In this document: positions 16,304-25,887 of the stretch, one piece after another
Position numbering within the stretch: the stretch's first letter is position 1
How the letters are laid out: every line of letters starts with the position of its first letter
IMG/VR virus record: IMGVR_UViG_3300047554_000527
Location: 8,387 to 72,386 of that record
Reading direction: 5' to 3' (one strand)
Origin: a virus
Lineage: Duplodnaviria; Heunggongvirae; Uroviricota; Caudoviricetes
Length of the DNA stretch: 64,000 bases
The notes under the pieces: generated by a model
The model's input: the letters and a program-made list of their open reading frames with translations, nothing else
What the model was told of the DNA's origin: nothing
Databases searched by the model: none
Translations under genes and position numbers: made by a program

Positions 16304-18316
16304 TTATTGACGTATAACGGTGTTACATCCTGCCGGATTAGTGCAACTTTGTATAAGAGTAAAGCTCTTTCCGCCTGATTGTTCTACATCAACAGTAGCG
16401 GCTCCGCCTGCATTTGTAACGTCTATTCTTGCGTTATTTCCGCCTGAACCGTATTGATTTACCAGTACATTATGCCCGTTACCTGTCATTCTTACATCTA
16501 AATAGTGCTGTCCAGCGCCGGACTGTGTAGTAGTTAAAGTGTTGTTATCACCATTTACAGTGCTGAATAATAGTCTATTGTTATTGTTGCTCTGCGTGTG
16601 ATTGACGATATTGTTATTACCACTAATTGTTGTTTCTGTGTAGTTGGTTCCGATAGTGTTAGTCTGGCTAGATGTTAGGCTGTTGTTATATCCATTTACA
16701 TCTGCTTTGATATAGTTCGATCCTACTTGTGTGATACCAATAGTATTTGTGCCAGCACCGTCGAGAGTTAGCTCTGTACGATTTTTACTGCCAGATAAGT
16801 TGATATTAACTGTGTTATTATCTCCACCTATTTGTGTAACATGTACAGCATTGTTATATGTTTGTGCTGTATTGGCCCAAGTTGAGATTCTAGAATTTTG
16901 AGCAGTCCTATCGTTGTTGTTAGTAAATGATGTGCCGCTTTGTAGTGTTTGATTGCTAGGAGAGCCCGACTGTGTAATAGTTCCGCCTTGAATAGTAGGA
17001 GCTGCTGCCGCCTGTACTGGATCAACTGGAGTAGTAGTTCCGCCTGTCGCTGAACTTGTTGTTGAATTATTAGCATCGTAGTAATATGTAATTTCACTGA
17101 TCTGCATACTGTCGCAGTCTAATCCACAGCCTGTTCCTGCTTTTGTACTAGGAAAGAAAATATAGTAATAAACGTAAGCAGAAGAATTAGTAACGTTAAT
17201 CATACTGCTAGTTGTTAAACGACTATCAGTTAATGATAGGTTACCTTCTTGTATTAGTACCCAATTTACACCATCGTTACTACCATATAACTTATAGCTT
17301 GTGGGATCTCGCCCACTAAAATCGTTAGCGGTAGTAATAGTAAAACCATTGACTACTCGACCTGTGTTTAGTTTAACAGTAACACCTGCATTTAATTTGT
17401 CAAAGTTTAAGTACTTAGTGTTTGGATTATTGTCGAACGCATTGGCAGCACCTTCACCTGCCGGACTGTTATTACTCGTTGGCCATATGTTAGTAATTTT
17501 AACTGTGGAGTTATCAAAATATATAGGTGTAGGTTGAGGAGTTGGAGTTCCAGCAGTAGCGCCTGTACCAGCATTAGTTACGGTCATTGTGTTGTTATAT
17601 CCGCCAGCCTGGCCGCTAGTTGTTCCACCTGTCGCACTTGGACCTCCACCGTTGGCGTTAGCAACTAAGCCAACTGTGCTAGAACCTGGCACACCATCAC
17701 TATTAACAATACAGGCATTTGATCCTCCCCAAGCACCTTGGCAAGCACCAAATCCTGGACTACTTGTCCAACCTTGTGCTGTTATGCCGTTGTAAGGTCC
17801 AAACTCTGGGTTGTATGTTAAGTTGCCTCCCCCGTTTAGTGTAAAGGTAGGAGCACGATACCAAGGACCATAATCCCCTGCCCAATAACTTCCATCAATG
17901 CCGTACATGCTAACTTTAGCATAAGCAACCTGTGATGCTTGTGCTGAAGTTAATGTTGAACTAACAGTAAGTGTTGTCCAGGGCACACTTGTATCAATAC
18001 ACGGATTACCGCAAATAGCATTTGGGTTTGGTAAGTTAGCACTATGGGCAGTTGCTACTTGAGTTATTAATCCTCCACTGCTGTTGTAGAATTCTATCTT
18101 AACGTTGGCTGTATCACTTTGGCCGGCACGGCCGCCACCGTTGTGTGCCAGGACACTAAAGGTAAATGTACCTCCAGCCTGCATAGCAGAATTAAAAACT
18201 ACATGCTGACTAATTGTTGTAGTAACATACGCAGTGGCAATAGCATTATAACCTGTCTGAGCTTGCGAACTAAAACAGAGTGCTAGTAGAAAAAGTTGTA
18301 GTAAATATTTTATCAT
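16304..18316 (-). CDS. secreted protein with F5/8 type C (discoidin) domain and C-terminal curlin (CsgA-like) repeats
   Basis: signal peptide MIKYLLQLFLLALCFSSQA; discoidin-like NAFDNNPNTKYLNF...YKLYGSNDGVNW; repeats VNQYGSGGNNARIDVTNAGGAATVDVEQSG matching curlin Q-x-G-x-G-N-x-A pattern. Confidence 0.6.
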   Translation of the reverse strand: MIKYLLQLFLLALCFSSQAQTGYNAIATAYVTTTISQHVVFNSAMQAGGTFTFSVLAHNGGGRAGQSDTANVKIEFYNSSGGLITQVATAHSANLPNPNAICGNPCIDTSVPWTTLTVSSTLTSAQASQVAYAKVSMYGIDGSYWAGDYGPWYRAPTFTLNGGGNLTYNPEFGPYNGITAQGWTSSPGFGACQGAWGGSNACIVNSDGVPGSSTVGLVANANGGGPSATGGTTSGQAGGYNNTMTVTNAGTGATAGTPTPQPTPIYFDNSTVKITNIWPTSNNSPAGEGAANAFDNNPNTKYLNFDKLNAGVTVKLNTGRVVNGFTITTANDFSGRDPTSYKLYGSNDGVNWVLIQEGNLSLTDSRLTTSSMINVTNSSAYVYYYIFFPSTKAGTGCGLDCDSMQISEITYYYDANNSTTSSATGGTTTPVDPVQAAAAPTIQGGTITQSGSPSNQTLQSGTSFTNNNDRTAQNSRISTWANTAQTYNNAVHVTQIGGDNNTVNINLSGSKNRTELTLDGAGTNTIGITQVGSNYIKADVNGYNNSLTSSQTNTIGTNYTETTISGNNNIVNHTQSNNNNRLLFSTVNGDNNTLTTTQSGAGQHYLDVRMTGNGHNVLVNQYGSGGNNARIDVTNAGGAATVDVEQSGGKSFTLIQSCTNPAGCNTVIRQ

Positions 18317-19428
18317 CTCTGTACAATAGTAATAATTGTATTACCGCCCGAATTAACTCTGTTCTTAAATTCAATACTACCCTGAATCTGTGTTATTACA
18401 CTGTTTTGTGTAAGAGGAGTTGTGACACATTGTAAGTCACTACCGTTATCTCTACAAAGACCTACTTGACCTTCGTCTTTGGTTACAACTATTCCGCTGG
18501 ATCTACGCCAGTCGGGCAATACACTATCTACATCATCTTTTAGATAATCTTCATCTAATCCATTTCCAATAATGTCAAACAAACTGTCTAAGAAATGATT
18601 GTCTAAAAAGTTACGAGTTAGTCTATCTTGAAAGAATTGTGCGTTCTGTTGATCTAGTTTGTTTTCTAATCCTTGCTCTCTTAAGAAATCGACATCTAAT
18701 ACATTAACTGTCGAAGCTGAATCTTTTTTGCTTGCTTGTTTTAATTCTAGGGGTGGGCTAAGAATTAAAAGATTGCTCATAGCATCTTCACTTAGATTTA
18801 AAATTATTGGTCTAGTAGGTTGAGCACTTCTGCTATTAACCTTAGTTGCTTGGAAAGGTTGATTAAGAATAACTTGCCCAACGTCAGTTTCAACAATAAT
18901 AGTGCCAGTAATACAGTTAGCTTCTATATCACGTTTAGATCTAGTAGGACGGTCGTTGGGACAACTAGGTAATAGTACAACTGTGCTAGCACCTACTTCA
19001 TCTACTGTGGCTGTAAAATCTGTACCACGAACACTGATAGTAGCAGTAGGAGTATTAACAGCTACGTTTTGCGGCGAGTTTTTAGCAATTTGGCCGCTGG
19101 CGTACCTAACAGTGCCCAGTGCCACCTTAACGCCCAACTTACCAGCCTTACTTTTAGGATCATATACAAAGTCATCAATTACTAGTCTTGAGTTTTCATT
19201 AACCTGTACTCGAGTCTGATCCTCGAAGGTTATTCCAACTTTGCCCGCCGCTGTCTTTACTGAATCGTTCATCTCGACTCCTGTGCCCTTGTTGGCCGTT
19301 AGCGTCGAGTTCTTGCGCTGTATGCTGGGAGGTGTGTTCAGCAACTCGGTCACTGTTCCTATATTGGCATGACTGCTCAATGAGAAACTCGTCAATAAGC
19401 CTAATAAGATTAAGCGACATAGTGTCAT
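18313..19428 (-). CDS. secreted protein of unknown function within curli-like operon
   Basis: signal peptide MTLCRLILLGLLTSFSLSSHA; 371 aa; 4-nt overlap with flanking genes. Confidence 0.4.
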   Translation of the reverse strand: MTLCRLILLGLLTSFSLSSHANIGTVTELLNTPPSIQRKNSTLTANKGTGVEMNDSVKTAAGKVGITFEDQTRVQVNENSRLVIDDFVYDPKSKAGKLGVKVALGTVRYASGQIAKNSPQNVAVNTPTATISVRGTDFTATVDEVGASTVVLLPSCPNDRPTRSKRDIEANCITGTIIVETDVGQVILNQPFQATKVNSRSAQPTRPIILNLSEDAMSNLLILSPPLELKQASKKDSASTVNVLDVDFLREQGLENKLDQQNAQFFQDRLTRNFLDNHFLDSLFDIIGNGLDEDYLKDDVDSVLPDWRRSSGIVVTKDEGQVGLCRDNGSDLQCVTTPLTQNSVITQIQGSIEFKNRVNSGGNTIITIVQR

Positions 19429-19436
19429 TTCACACC

Positions 19437-20219
19437 TTAATTACCAGTGATAATAGTGTATGTATTTCCGCTACCTGCTATAGCAAGATTAACAGTAGTA
19501 TCAATAGTACCACTTTGTGTGATAGTTGTGCTATTGCTAGAACCGGTAATGTTCAATGTAGCATTATGTCCATTGACTCCGCCTCCACTTTGAGTGATGC
19601 TGGTTACGTTAGTTGCTCCATTAGAAGTTAAATTAACTGTGCCTTTTGCACCAGTTAAGTTAAGAGTAGTAGAGTTTCCACCACCACCTGTTTGGTTAAG
19701 AATAACACTAATTTGATCAGCATTAAGAGTTGCTACAACACTGTTGTTAGCGCCACCTGCTGTATCGACTACAAAACTACTGTTAGAACCTAACATGTTT
19801 AAGTTAGCGATAGCACCATCGCCTGTTTGTTCAATATTAACAGTGTTGCTATTAGCTGTACCAGTTTCGGCATTGTTCATGTTGATTGTACCTACAGCAT
19901 TGTTACCTGTAACTTTATAGATTACACTAGTATCAACACCGCCGCTGGCTGTGGCTGTAACAACACCTAAGTTTAAAATGTTGCCGCTACCTATTTGTTC
20001 TACAGTTAATGTAACGTTATCACCTTTAATTTTAGACGGTGTGGTGTTACCTGTACCGGAACCTTGTATTCCTCGAATACGGTTTGATGCACCATCTTGT
20101 GTCATTGTAATAACACCATTGTCGCCTGCTTGATCGACGTAGATGGTATTGTCTGCCGCAAAAGATGACGCAGCAAACAATATCGCTATAACTGCCATAA
20201 CTTTATTCAGCTTCTTCAT
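19437..20219 (-). CDS. secreted curlin-repeat protein (CsgA/CsgB-like amyloid subunit candidate)
   Basis: signal peptide MKKLNKVMAVIAILFAASSFA (start 20219); repeated ITQSGGGVNGHNATLNITGSSNSTTITQSG units; Gly/Asn/Thr/Gln-rich. Confidence 0.55.
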   Translation of the reverse strand: MKKLNKVMAVIAILFAASSFAADNTIYVDQAGDNGVITMTQDGASNRIRGIQGSGTGNTTPSKIKGDNVTLTVEQIGSGNILNLGVVTATASGGVDTSVIYKVTGNNAVGTINMNNAETGTANSNTVNIEQTGDGAIANLNMLGSNSSFVVDTAGGANNSVVATLNADQISVILNQTGGGGNSTTLNLTGAKGTVNLTSNGATNVTSITQSGGGVNGHNATLNITGSSNSTTITQSGTIDTTVNLAIAGSGNTYTIITGN

Positions 20220-20281
20220 ATATACTACCAGTTCTTTTGGAACTGTCTCCTTGTTGGGGGAATTATGTATCATTCCCCGTT

Positions 20282-21193
20282 TTATTTGGTCCTAATTTCT
20301 TTGCTTCCTTCAGCATTTTTTCCGTTGCCGGACTGTTCCGTTGGGGGAGTTGCTTCTGCGGCTCCTTTACTCTCGGTCGTCTTTTGAACCAGCTCATTTT
20401 TATCTCCTTTGTAGTTCCAAAGCCCTTTACGAGCTCCATCTTTAATTAGCTCAACTACTCCGGCTTCGATTGCGGCCTTGACAGCATAAGTGCCCGGCTC
20501 GTTAATCGTTAAACCTGCTTCACCCTCAAACGCTTTAGTTCCCATATCAAAAAACTTCAATGCTGTTACCGCATCAGCACTACTGATGATTGTTTTTTGT
20601 ACGGTTACTGATGTAAGAACTTTACCAGTATTCACGCTAACTGCTCGCAAACTGATAGTAACTACATCCTGACTCCACTGTGTCTGTTTGCCTATTCCAA
20701 AAACTCTGGCTCCGATGCCACCGCTTTTAATAGAGCTATCATACCCAATAATACCGCCTTCTATAATAATCCCTGCAAACTGCATGGGCATTAAAGGTTT
20801 TGCGTTGTTGCCTTCATATGCTTCGCGCATCTGACGGATAATTAATCTTTCTTTAGTTAAGTTGTCAATACCTACACGCTCAACAACATCAAACCAACGA
20901 CCGCCACCTACATCTTGTAGGGCTTTAATCAAGAAGCTTTCCGCCCCTTGTGTTACTGCTGTACTTAAACTAGCAATGTTAGCCTGAGGGCGACGTTGTC
21001 CTGTTAGATCTCTAAAACTATAAACTGCTACACTTACTGGCCTTTCTGCTGCCGGTAATGGAACGGTATCAAATTCTTTCTGCATTACGCTAGAAGGAAT
21101 TGTTGGCATCTCTTCAAGAAGCCCATCTTGCTGTGTTATTGCACAGCCTGTTAATAAACTTGTGATTGCTAGAGTTAATAGTGTCTTTTTCAT
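20282..21193 (-). CDS. csgG: curli production assembly/transport lipoprotein CsgG
   Basis: lipobox LLTGC; extended colinear similarity to E. coli CsgG (...VAVY.F.D.TGQ..., ...A.VMVEGSIIGY.SNVKSGGVGARYFGIG..., ...NEPV..C.M.AIE.GV..LI.DG...GLW). Confidence 0.8.
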   Translation of the reverse strand: MKKTLLTLAITSLLTGCAITQQDGLLEEMPTIPSSVMQKEFDTVPLPAAERPVSVAVYSFRDLTGQRRPQANIASLSTAVTQGAESFLIKALQDVGGGRWFDVVERVGIDNLTKERLIIRQMREAYEGNNAKPLMPMQFAGIIIEGGIIGYDSSIKSGGIGARVFGIGKQTQWSQDVVTISLRAVSVNTGKVLTSVTVQKTIISSADAVTALKFFDMGTKAFEGEAGLTINEPGTYAVKAAIEAGVVELIKDGARKGLWNYKGDKNELVQKTTESKGAAEATPPTEQSGNGKNAEGSKEIRTK

Positions 21194-21194
21194 A

Positions 21195-21683
21195 TTATAC
21201 TCCAGGAATTACGAAACTACTTAACGGAACATCAATTTGTGTATTAATGCCCGGGCCGATAACAGTTAATCTAATCATTTCATTAAGATCAGCATCGACT
21301 ACTTTTTGCCAACTAATTCTGTTACCTTGGAAATCTATTTCACCCCTACATTGATCAACAGGAGTAGAAGTAGTACAACCATTGTTGGCAAACATAGCAG
21401 TAGCTACGTTTTGGCTGATCTGTGCGTAGATACGCGACTCTAAGTTACTGATAAACTTAGCTAAGTTAGTGTTCTTTTTGTCTGCTATTTCTTTATCGAT
21501 AGCAGCTTGAATTTTGTCTTGTAAAGCCTTTCTGCGTGTAGCTTCTTGGTTCTCAATAGTTAAGACGTGACTGCTATAGCCTGCGCCGTTAAACGCAGGG
21601 CTTTTAAACGTAAAATCGTTAATTGGTGCAGCCGTTGCTGTTAGTGTTGCAGACAAGGCCAGACCGAGAAATATTAATCGCAT
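21195..21683 (-). CDS. CsgF-like curli assembly protein
   Basis: signal peptide; mature N-terminus INDFTFKSPAFNGAGY resembles CsgF TMTFQFRNPNFGGNP; immediately upstream of csgG. Confidence 0.45.
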   Translation of the reverse strand: MRLIFLGLALSATLTATAAPINDFTFKSPAFNGAGYSSHVLTIENQEATRRKALQDKIQAAIDKEIADKKNTNLAKFISNLESRIYAQISQNVATAMFANNGCTTSTPVDQCRGEIDFQGNRISWQKVVDADLNEMIRLTVIGPGINTQIDVPLSSFVIPGV

Positions 21684-21762
21684 CCTAAATCCCCAGTGTA
21701 GTGTAATTGTATTTACAATTACCTGAGAATTGATTTTGTATGCAGTTAAAGTTTAATCTAGA

Positions 21763-22800
21763 TTAAACAGTTGGAGAAATACCTGTTTGTGGTGCAGGTG
21801 TAGTTCCCATAGGACCTTTAGGAGGAACAGGCGCACCTATTTTAGGTTTTGACACATCTAATGCAGGCTTCATAGGTTGTGCCTTTGCAGGCTTTGGTAA
21901 AGGATTCCACGGACGACCTGTGCTAGGATACGAAGAAATACGTGCTCCTGCTATACCAAAGTTTCCTCTATCTGCAGAGAATCTAACTATTAACACAGGA
22001 TCATATCCGTTTGCAGGAATATCTCCATTGTGCCAGGTATGTGCTCCAGTTAGAACAAAAGAACCTCTAGTACCTTTTTTAAGTGTAGGGTGTCCCTGCA
22101 ACACTAAATCTACATTACTACGACCAGGAGCACCGCCAAAGTCTTTTCCAAAAACAGTGAGAGCTTTTAATTTAGGATTCTTGATAGGAACCCCATATGT
22201 TGGACCTCTCGGAAATTGATCTCCGAATGCTGCCTTAATGCCTTTGACAAATGCCGATACTTCTGGATCTGAGGCAAGATGATCAACTCCGCCCCAATGA
22301 CCGAATCCTTTAGGTGTTGTGCCATCTTTTAAACTTATCCAAGCTACCGGGGTGCCTTGATCATCTACTATTTCTACGTCTGCTTTAACGTTTCCTGGAA
22401 CCTTAACAGCACCAGCGGCATTAACTACGCGAGTACCTATAGCTACTTTAATAAACGGTTGCCCGTTAAGATGCTCTTTAATAGTAGTATCGAGAGCAAG
22501 AATTTGCCCTTCTTCTTTTTCTAATCTTCCGCCTTGAGCTTCTGCGGGTTTTACCAAAACTGTAGCACCGTCGAAATGAATTACTTTACCATCAGCGGAG
22601 ACAGTAGATCCCGGTAAAGTTCTAGCAATATTTTGAACGCTGTCGAAACGATTTGCCGAAGGAACAACTACTTTAACTGTTGTACCTGTTTTCTTTTCAA
22701 CATCAAACCCCATGGGTTTAATATAGGAAATTAGTTCATCTGCTGATGTTTTTTCTGAAATAATTTCGATAGTTTCGTATAAAAAGTCACGTGCTCGCAT
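21763..22800 (-). CDS. hypothetical protein with Pro-rich C-terminal tail
   Basis: 345 aa; C-terminus PKPAKAQPMKPALDVSKPKIGAPVPPKGPMGTTPAPQ. Confidence 0.35.
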   Translation of the reverse strand: MRARDFLYETIEIISEKTSADELISYIKPMGFDVEKKTGTTVKVVVPSANRFDSVQNIARTLPGSTVSADGKVIHFDGATVLVKPAEAQGGRLEKEEGQILALDTTIKEHLNGQPFIKVAIGTRVVNAAGAVKVPGNVKADVEIVDDQGTPVAWISLKDGTTPKGFGHWGGVDHLASDPEVSAFVKGIKAAFGDQFPRGPTYGVPIKNPKLKALTVFGKDFGGAPGRSNVDLVLQGHPTLKKGTRGSFVLTGAHTWHNGDIPANGYDPVLIVRFSADRGNFGIAGARISSYPSTGRPWNPLPKPAKAQPMKPALDVSKPKIGAPVPPKGPMGTTPAPQTGISPTV

Positions 22801-22806
22801 AATAAG

Positions 22807-23475
22807 TTATTTACCTATTTCTGGGAACAGCACTTCATCAACGAAATCACGGATAACAGGTTCAGGAACACCCATGGCAATCATGCTACGATAAACATGT
22901 GGGTTTTTCTTTTGATTAATGCAGTAGAAATTTTGACGATCTTTAGAATTGGCAGTGCCCTTGCGATTGACGTTGCTAATATAGTATTCTAGGGTTTTTA
23001 AACCTAGGCTAACAAATTGATCAATTTCACTAGATTCTGTAAGATTGCCGGCAGCTACCATACTAGGGCTAAAGATGTTACTAGCCCACTCAGGCAGCTC
23101 ACGCTTTTTGTTCCACGTGATATCTTTAACTTCGTTAGCAAACCAATCATGCATTGTGTGTTGATTACTAACTAGGCTGAAGTCGTGGAATGCACCTGTG
23201 ATCTTGTTTTTACCGCAGACAGTATCGAACCCCCAAATAGGCGTATCGTCATCAGCATGTGGAAATACTGTAGCGTGTAGAATATAAATTCCGTGGCTTT
23301 CAGTTTTATCTACAATCTCAATGTGTGCTCTACGATAAGTTTCTGCATAATAGACATGATTTTCCCATGTGTATTTTGCATCGTGTTCTGGATTTCTGTG
23401 TAGTGTGCCAGTACGTGCAAATATCTTTTGTATTTCATCTGCACATGCTCGCATCTTTTCCCATACATGACTCAT
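22807..23475 (-). CDS. ferredoxin-dependent bilin reductase (FDBR family; PebB/PebS/PcyX-like), copy 2
   Basis: 222 aa, paralog of upstream FDBR (shared W.NKV...YRR.HI..VD......HC.VFPH......PI.GFD.V.GKNKITGAFHDFS...); ATGA overlap. Confidence 0.65.
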   Translation of the reverse strand: MSHVWEKMRACADEIQKIFARTGTLHRNPEHDAKYTWENHVYYAETYRRAHIEIVDKTESHGIYILHATVFPHADDDTPIWGFDTVCGKNKITGAFHDFSLVSNQHTMHDWFANEVKDITWNKKRELPEWASNIFSPSMVAAGNLTESSEIDQFVSLGLKTLEYYISNVNRKGTANSKDRQNFYCINQKKNPHVYRSMIAMGVPEPVIRDFVDEVLFPEIGK

Positions 23476-24155
23476 TGCGTTTCTCCTATCTTAGGAAAAA
23501 GACACTGCTGTATGAATACCTGCACATCTTCAGGATTAAGCCCTAACGCTGTCATAACCTTGGGAGTGTGCGGATTTAGTCTTTGATTGTCGCAGTAATA
23601 GTCTTGTGCGGACTGTGTATCTACTGCTGTATTGTTTGATAGGCCTACATTATCTAGGTAGTATCTAAGATCGTTAATAGCTGTTAGATACAGTTGATTT
23701 ATTTCTTCAGGATCTTGTACGTTGCCTGCAGAAATCATACTAGGTGTAAAGATACGTTCCGCCCAGTCTGGTAAGCGTCTAACTTTATTCCATTCTAGTT
23801 TTTGTGCAGAATCTGCAAACCAGTCGAGCATGAAGTGTTCGGGATCACCTGCAGGACTAAAGTCATGGAATGCACCTGTAATTTTATTTTTTCCTGCTAC
23901 TACATCAAAACCGAATATAGGTGCAGGATTGTGAGTATGGGGGAACACACAACAATGCATCATCCAGAGACCGCGAGTTTCCCTAGCATCAACGACGTCG
24001 ATGTGTGCTCTCCTATAAAGACTACTGGTCCAAACTTTGTTGTACCAATTGAATCTGTCTAGTCCAGGCTCTTGTATTTCTTGCCCGGTGCTGTTGAACA
24101 GCCTCTCAAATTCTTGCTGAATATCAATCAGCGTTGGCCAAACTAAGTTCGTCAT
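23472..24155 (-). CDS. ferredoxin-dependent bilin reductase (PebA-like), copy 1
   Basis: 227 aa FDBR-fold signature; immediately downstream of heme oxygenase as in cyanobacterial ho1-pebA-pebB clusters. Confidence 0.65.
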   Translation of the reverse strand: MTNLVWPTLIDIQQEFERLFNSTGQEIQEPGLDRFNWYNKVWTSSLYRRAHIDVVDARETRGLWMMHCCVFPHTHNPAPIFGFDVVAGKNKITGAFHDFSPAGDPEHFMLDWFADSAQKLEWNKVRRLPDWAERIFTPSMISAGNVQDPEEINQLYLTAINDLRYYLDNVGLSNNTAVDTQSAQDYYCDNQRLNPHTPKVMTALGLNPEDVQVFIQQCLFPKIGETQ

Positions 24156-24672
24156 TGTAGCTGTTCATAATTTTAATTGCCCAGTCAAAGGCCACGTTTG
24201 CTTCTTCTGCCATGCTGTCGTCTAGCATAGCACGAATTTTTTCTTTAAGGCCTTCGACATCATTAAAATCTAAGTTACGATGAGGAGCATTAATTACTTT
24301 TCTAATCATTTGACCGCCGAACAAGTCTCCCATGTGCCATGTGTAAAGATGTGCGGTAATCTTTGCTGGTTGTCCTACAAGGTCTAGGATATAACGACTG
24401 TAGGCAATAGTCTCAGGACGAAGTCTAGGATAGACCCCGTTATTCATCTCTTTAGCATCAAGGTACAGTTTTAATGCTCGTTCGATTTCTAACATGTCTG
24501 TTGTAAGTCCGGCATCTCTTGCAACAGTTTCGATACTGGCATAGAAGTTAGACTTTTGATAGGTATAGTCTGCCCAAACTTCAATTGGCATGTTTCTTTT
24601 AAACACTGCCTTCATGAATTTAGTTTCTTCTGCGGCTGTATGACTGTCTTTGGTTAGCTCTTTTAAACTCAT
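24124..24672 (-). CDS. heme oxygenase
   Basis: 182 aa; HO-like N-terminal LKE.T...H...E...FMK motif and overall length. Confidence 0.6.
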   Translation of the reverse strand: MSLKELTKDSHTAAEETKFMKAVFKRNMPIEVWADYTYQKSNFYASIETVARDAGLTTDMLEIERALKLYLDAKEMNNGVYPRLRPETIAYSRYILDLVGQPAKITAHLYTWHMGDLFGGQMIRKVINAPHRNLDFNDVEGLKEKIRAMLDDSMAEEANVAFDWAIKIMNSYNDELSLANAD

Positions 24673-25887
24673 TTATTCCTCGTAGCGTTTTAGCACAATG
24701 CAAGCGGAACGCCCGCTAAATGCAAAGTTATTCTTTATAGCGTACTTAGCATTGATAGCAGATGCTTCTGTAGGAATTGACATACCCGAATCGATAGGAG
24801 TTTTTAGATTGATAGTAGGCGGCGTTGTTTGTGTTTTTAAAGCCATTAGCGTATAGATAGTTTCAATAATGCCGCTAGCCGCTAATGTGTGTCCTATCTG
24901 CGCTTTATTCGCTACCATAGTTTTTTCAGGAAACAATTCTCGCATAGCATAGAATTCTATATCATCTCCTGCCTGAGTCCCTGTTGCATGAGCGTTAATA
25001 TATCCGATGTCGGATGTTGTAATTCCTGCAGACTTTAATGCTCTAGCAACTGAGGTTTTGGCAGCAATTCCATCTTTATCAGGACTGGTGTCGTGATGTC
25101 CTGCGCTAGCAACTCCTGATCCTACGATTAACCCATATATTTTTGCACCCCTAGCTTTTGCTTTTTCTAAAGGCTCAATAACTAAACAGCCTGCGCCCTC
25201 TCCTGCATTAAATCCTGCTCGATTTTGGTCAAAGGGTGTTGCAGGTTCGTTGCTCAGTGCTCCGAGATTTTGAAAATAATAACATTGATATGCTTCAATC
25301 GGCATATCTGCGCCACCGACTACAACTGCATCAATATCTGGCTCTGTTTCTAAAGTTCTTAACGCATAATCTATACTTAGAAGTCCGGTAGAACAGGCAG
25401 CGTTAATACCAGTAGATAATCCATTAAACTCAAACATTCGAGAAATAGTACCGCTAAGGTAATCTAATGTTGATTGAATTACCTGTCTAGGTAATATTCT
25501 TTCTCGGCCGTCTTCTAATGCTCGTGTAAGGTACCCTCTACTTACTGTATTTCCGCCTGTAGTGCTATAAACAACTGAAACATTTTTACTTTCGATGCCG
25601 CTATCTTTAACAGCATCTTCTACAGATCGTATTCCTAATTTAATGCAAGGATCCCAATGCTGGGCGATTCCACCATAGGCCATTTCTTCATAGATAGGAA
25701 TAGGTGCCGGAGCACCTATTTTTACTGTAAGACTTTTATGTGTTTTCGGAAACTTTTTAGGATTGTCTTCTGGCCAGGAAATTTCTTTAATAGCAGTTTG
25801 TCCTGCTAGTAAATTTGTCCAATTTTCTGCTAGTGTTTCGCCTAAGCCATTTATAATACCAATACCTGTTACTGCGTATTGTTTCAT
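24673..25887 (-). CDS. beta-ketoacyl-ACP synthase (FabF/FabB-type KAS)
   Basis: active-site Cys (INAACSTGL), His-His pair (NAHATGT, QIGHTLAASG), 404 aa. Confidence 0.7.
   Translation of the reverse strand: MKQYAVTGIGIINGLGETLAENWTNLLAGQTAIKEISWPEDNPKKFPKTHKSLTVKIGAPAPIPIYEEMAYGGIAQHWDPCIKLGIRSVEDAVKDSGIESKNVSVVYSTTGGNTVSRGYLTRALEDGRERILPRQVIQSTLDYLSGTISRMFEFNGLSTGINAACSTGLLSIDYALRTLETEPDIDAVVVGGADMPIEAYQCYYFQNLGALSNEPATPFDQNRAGFNAGEGAGCLVIEPLEKAKARGAKIYGLIVGSGVASAGHHDTSPDKDGIAAKTSVARALKSAGITTSDIGYINAHATGTQAGDDIEFYAMRELFPEKTMVANKAQIGHTLAASGIIETIYTLMALKTQTTPPTINLKTPIDSGMSIPTEASAINAKYAIKNNFAFSGRSACIVLKRYEE

Noticed and set aside
16304-20273. Internal short repeats in 16.3-20.3 kb as a possible CRISPR or other DNA repeat array
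   Set aside because: The periodicity is at the protein level (curlin-type Gly/Asn/Gln repeats within long ORFs with signal peptides), and DNA repeat units are imperfect and in-frame, so this is not CRISPR
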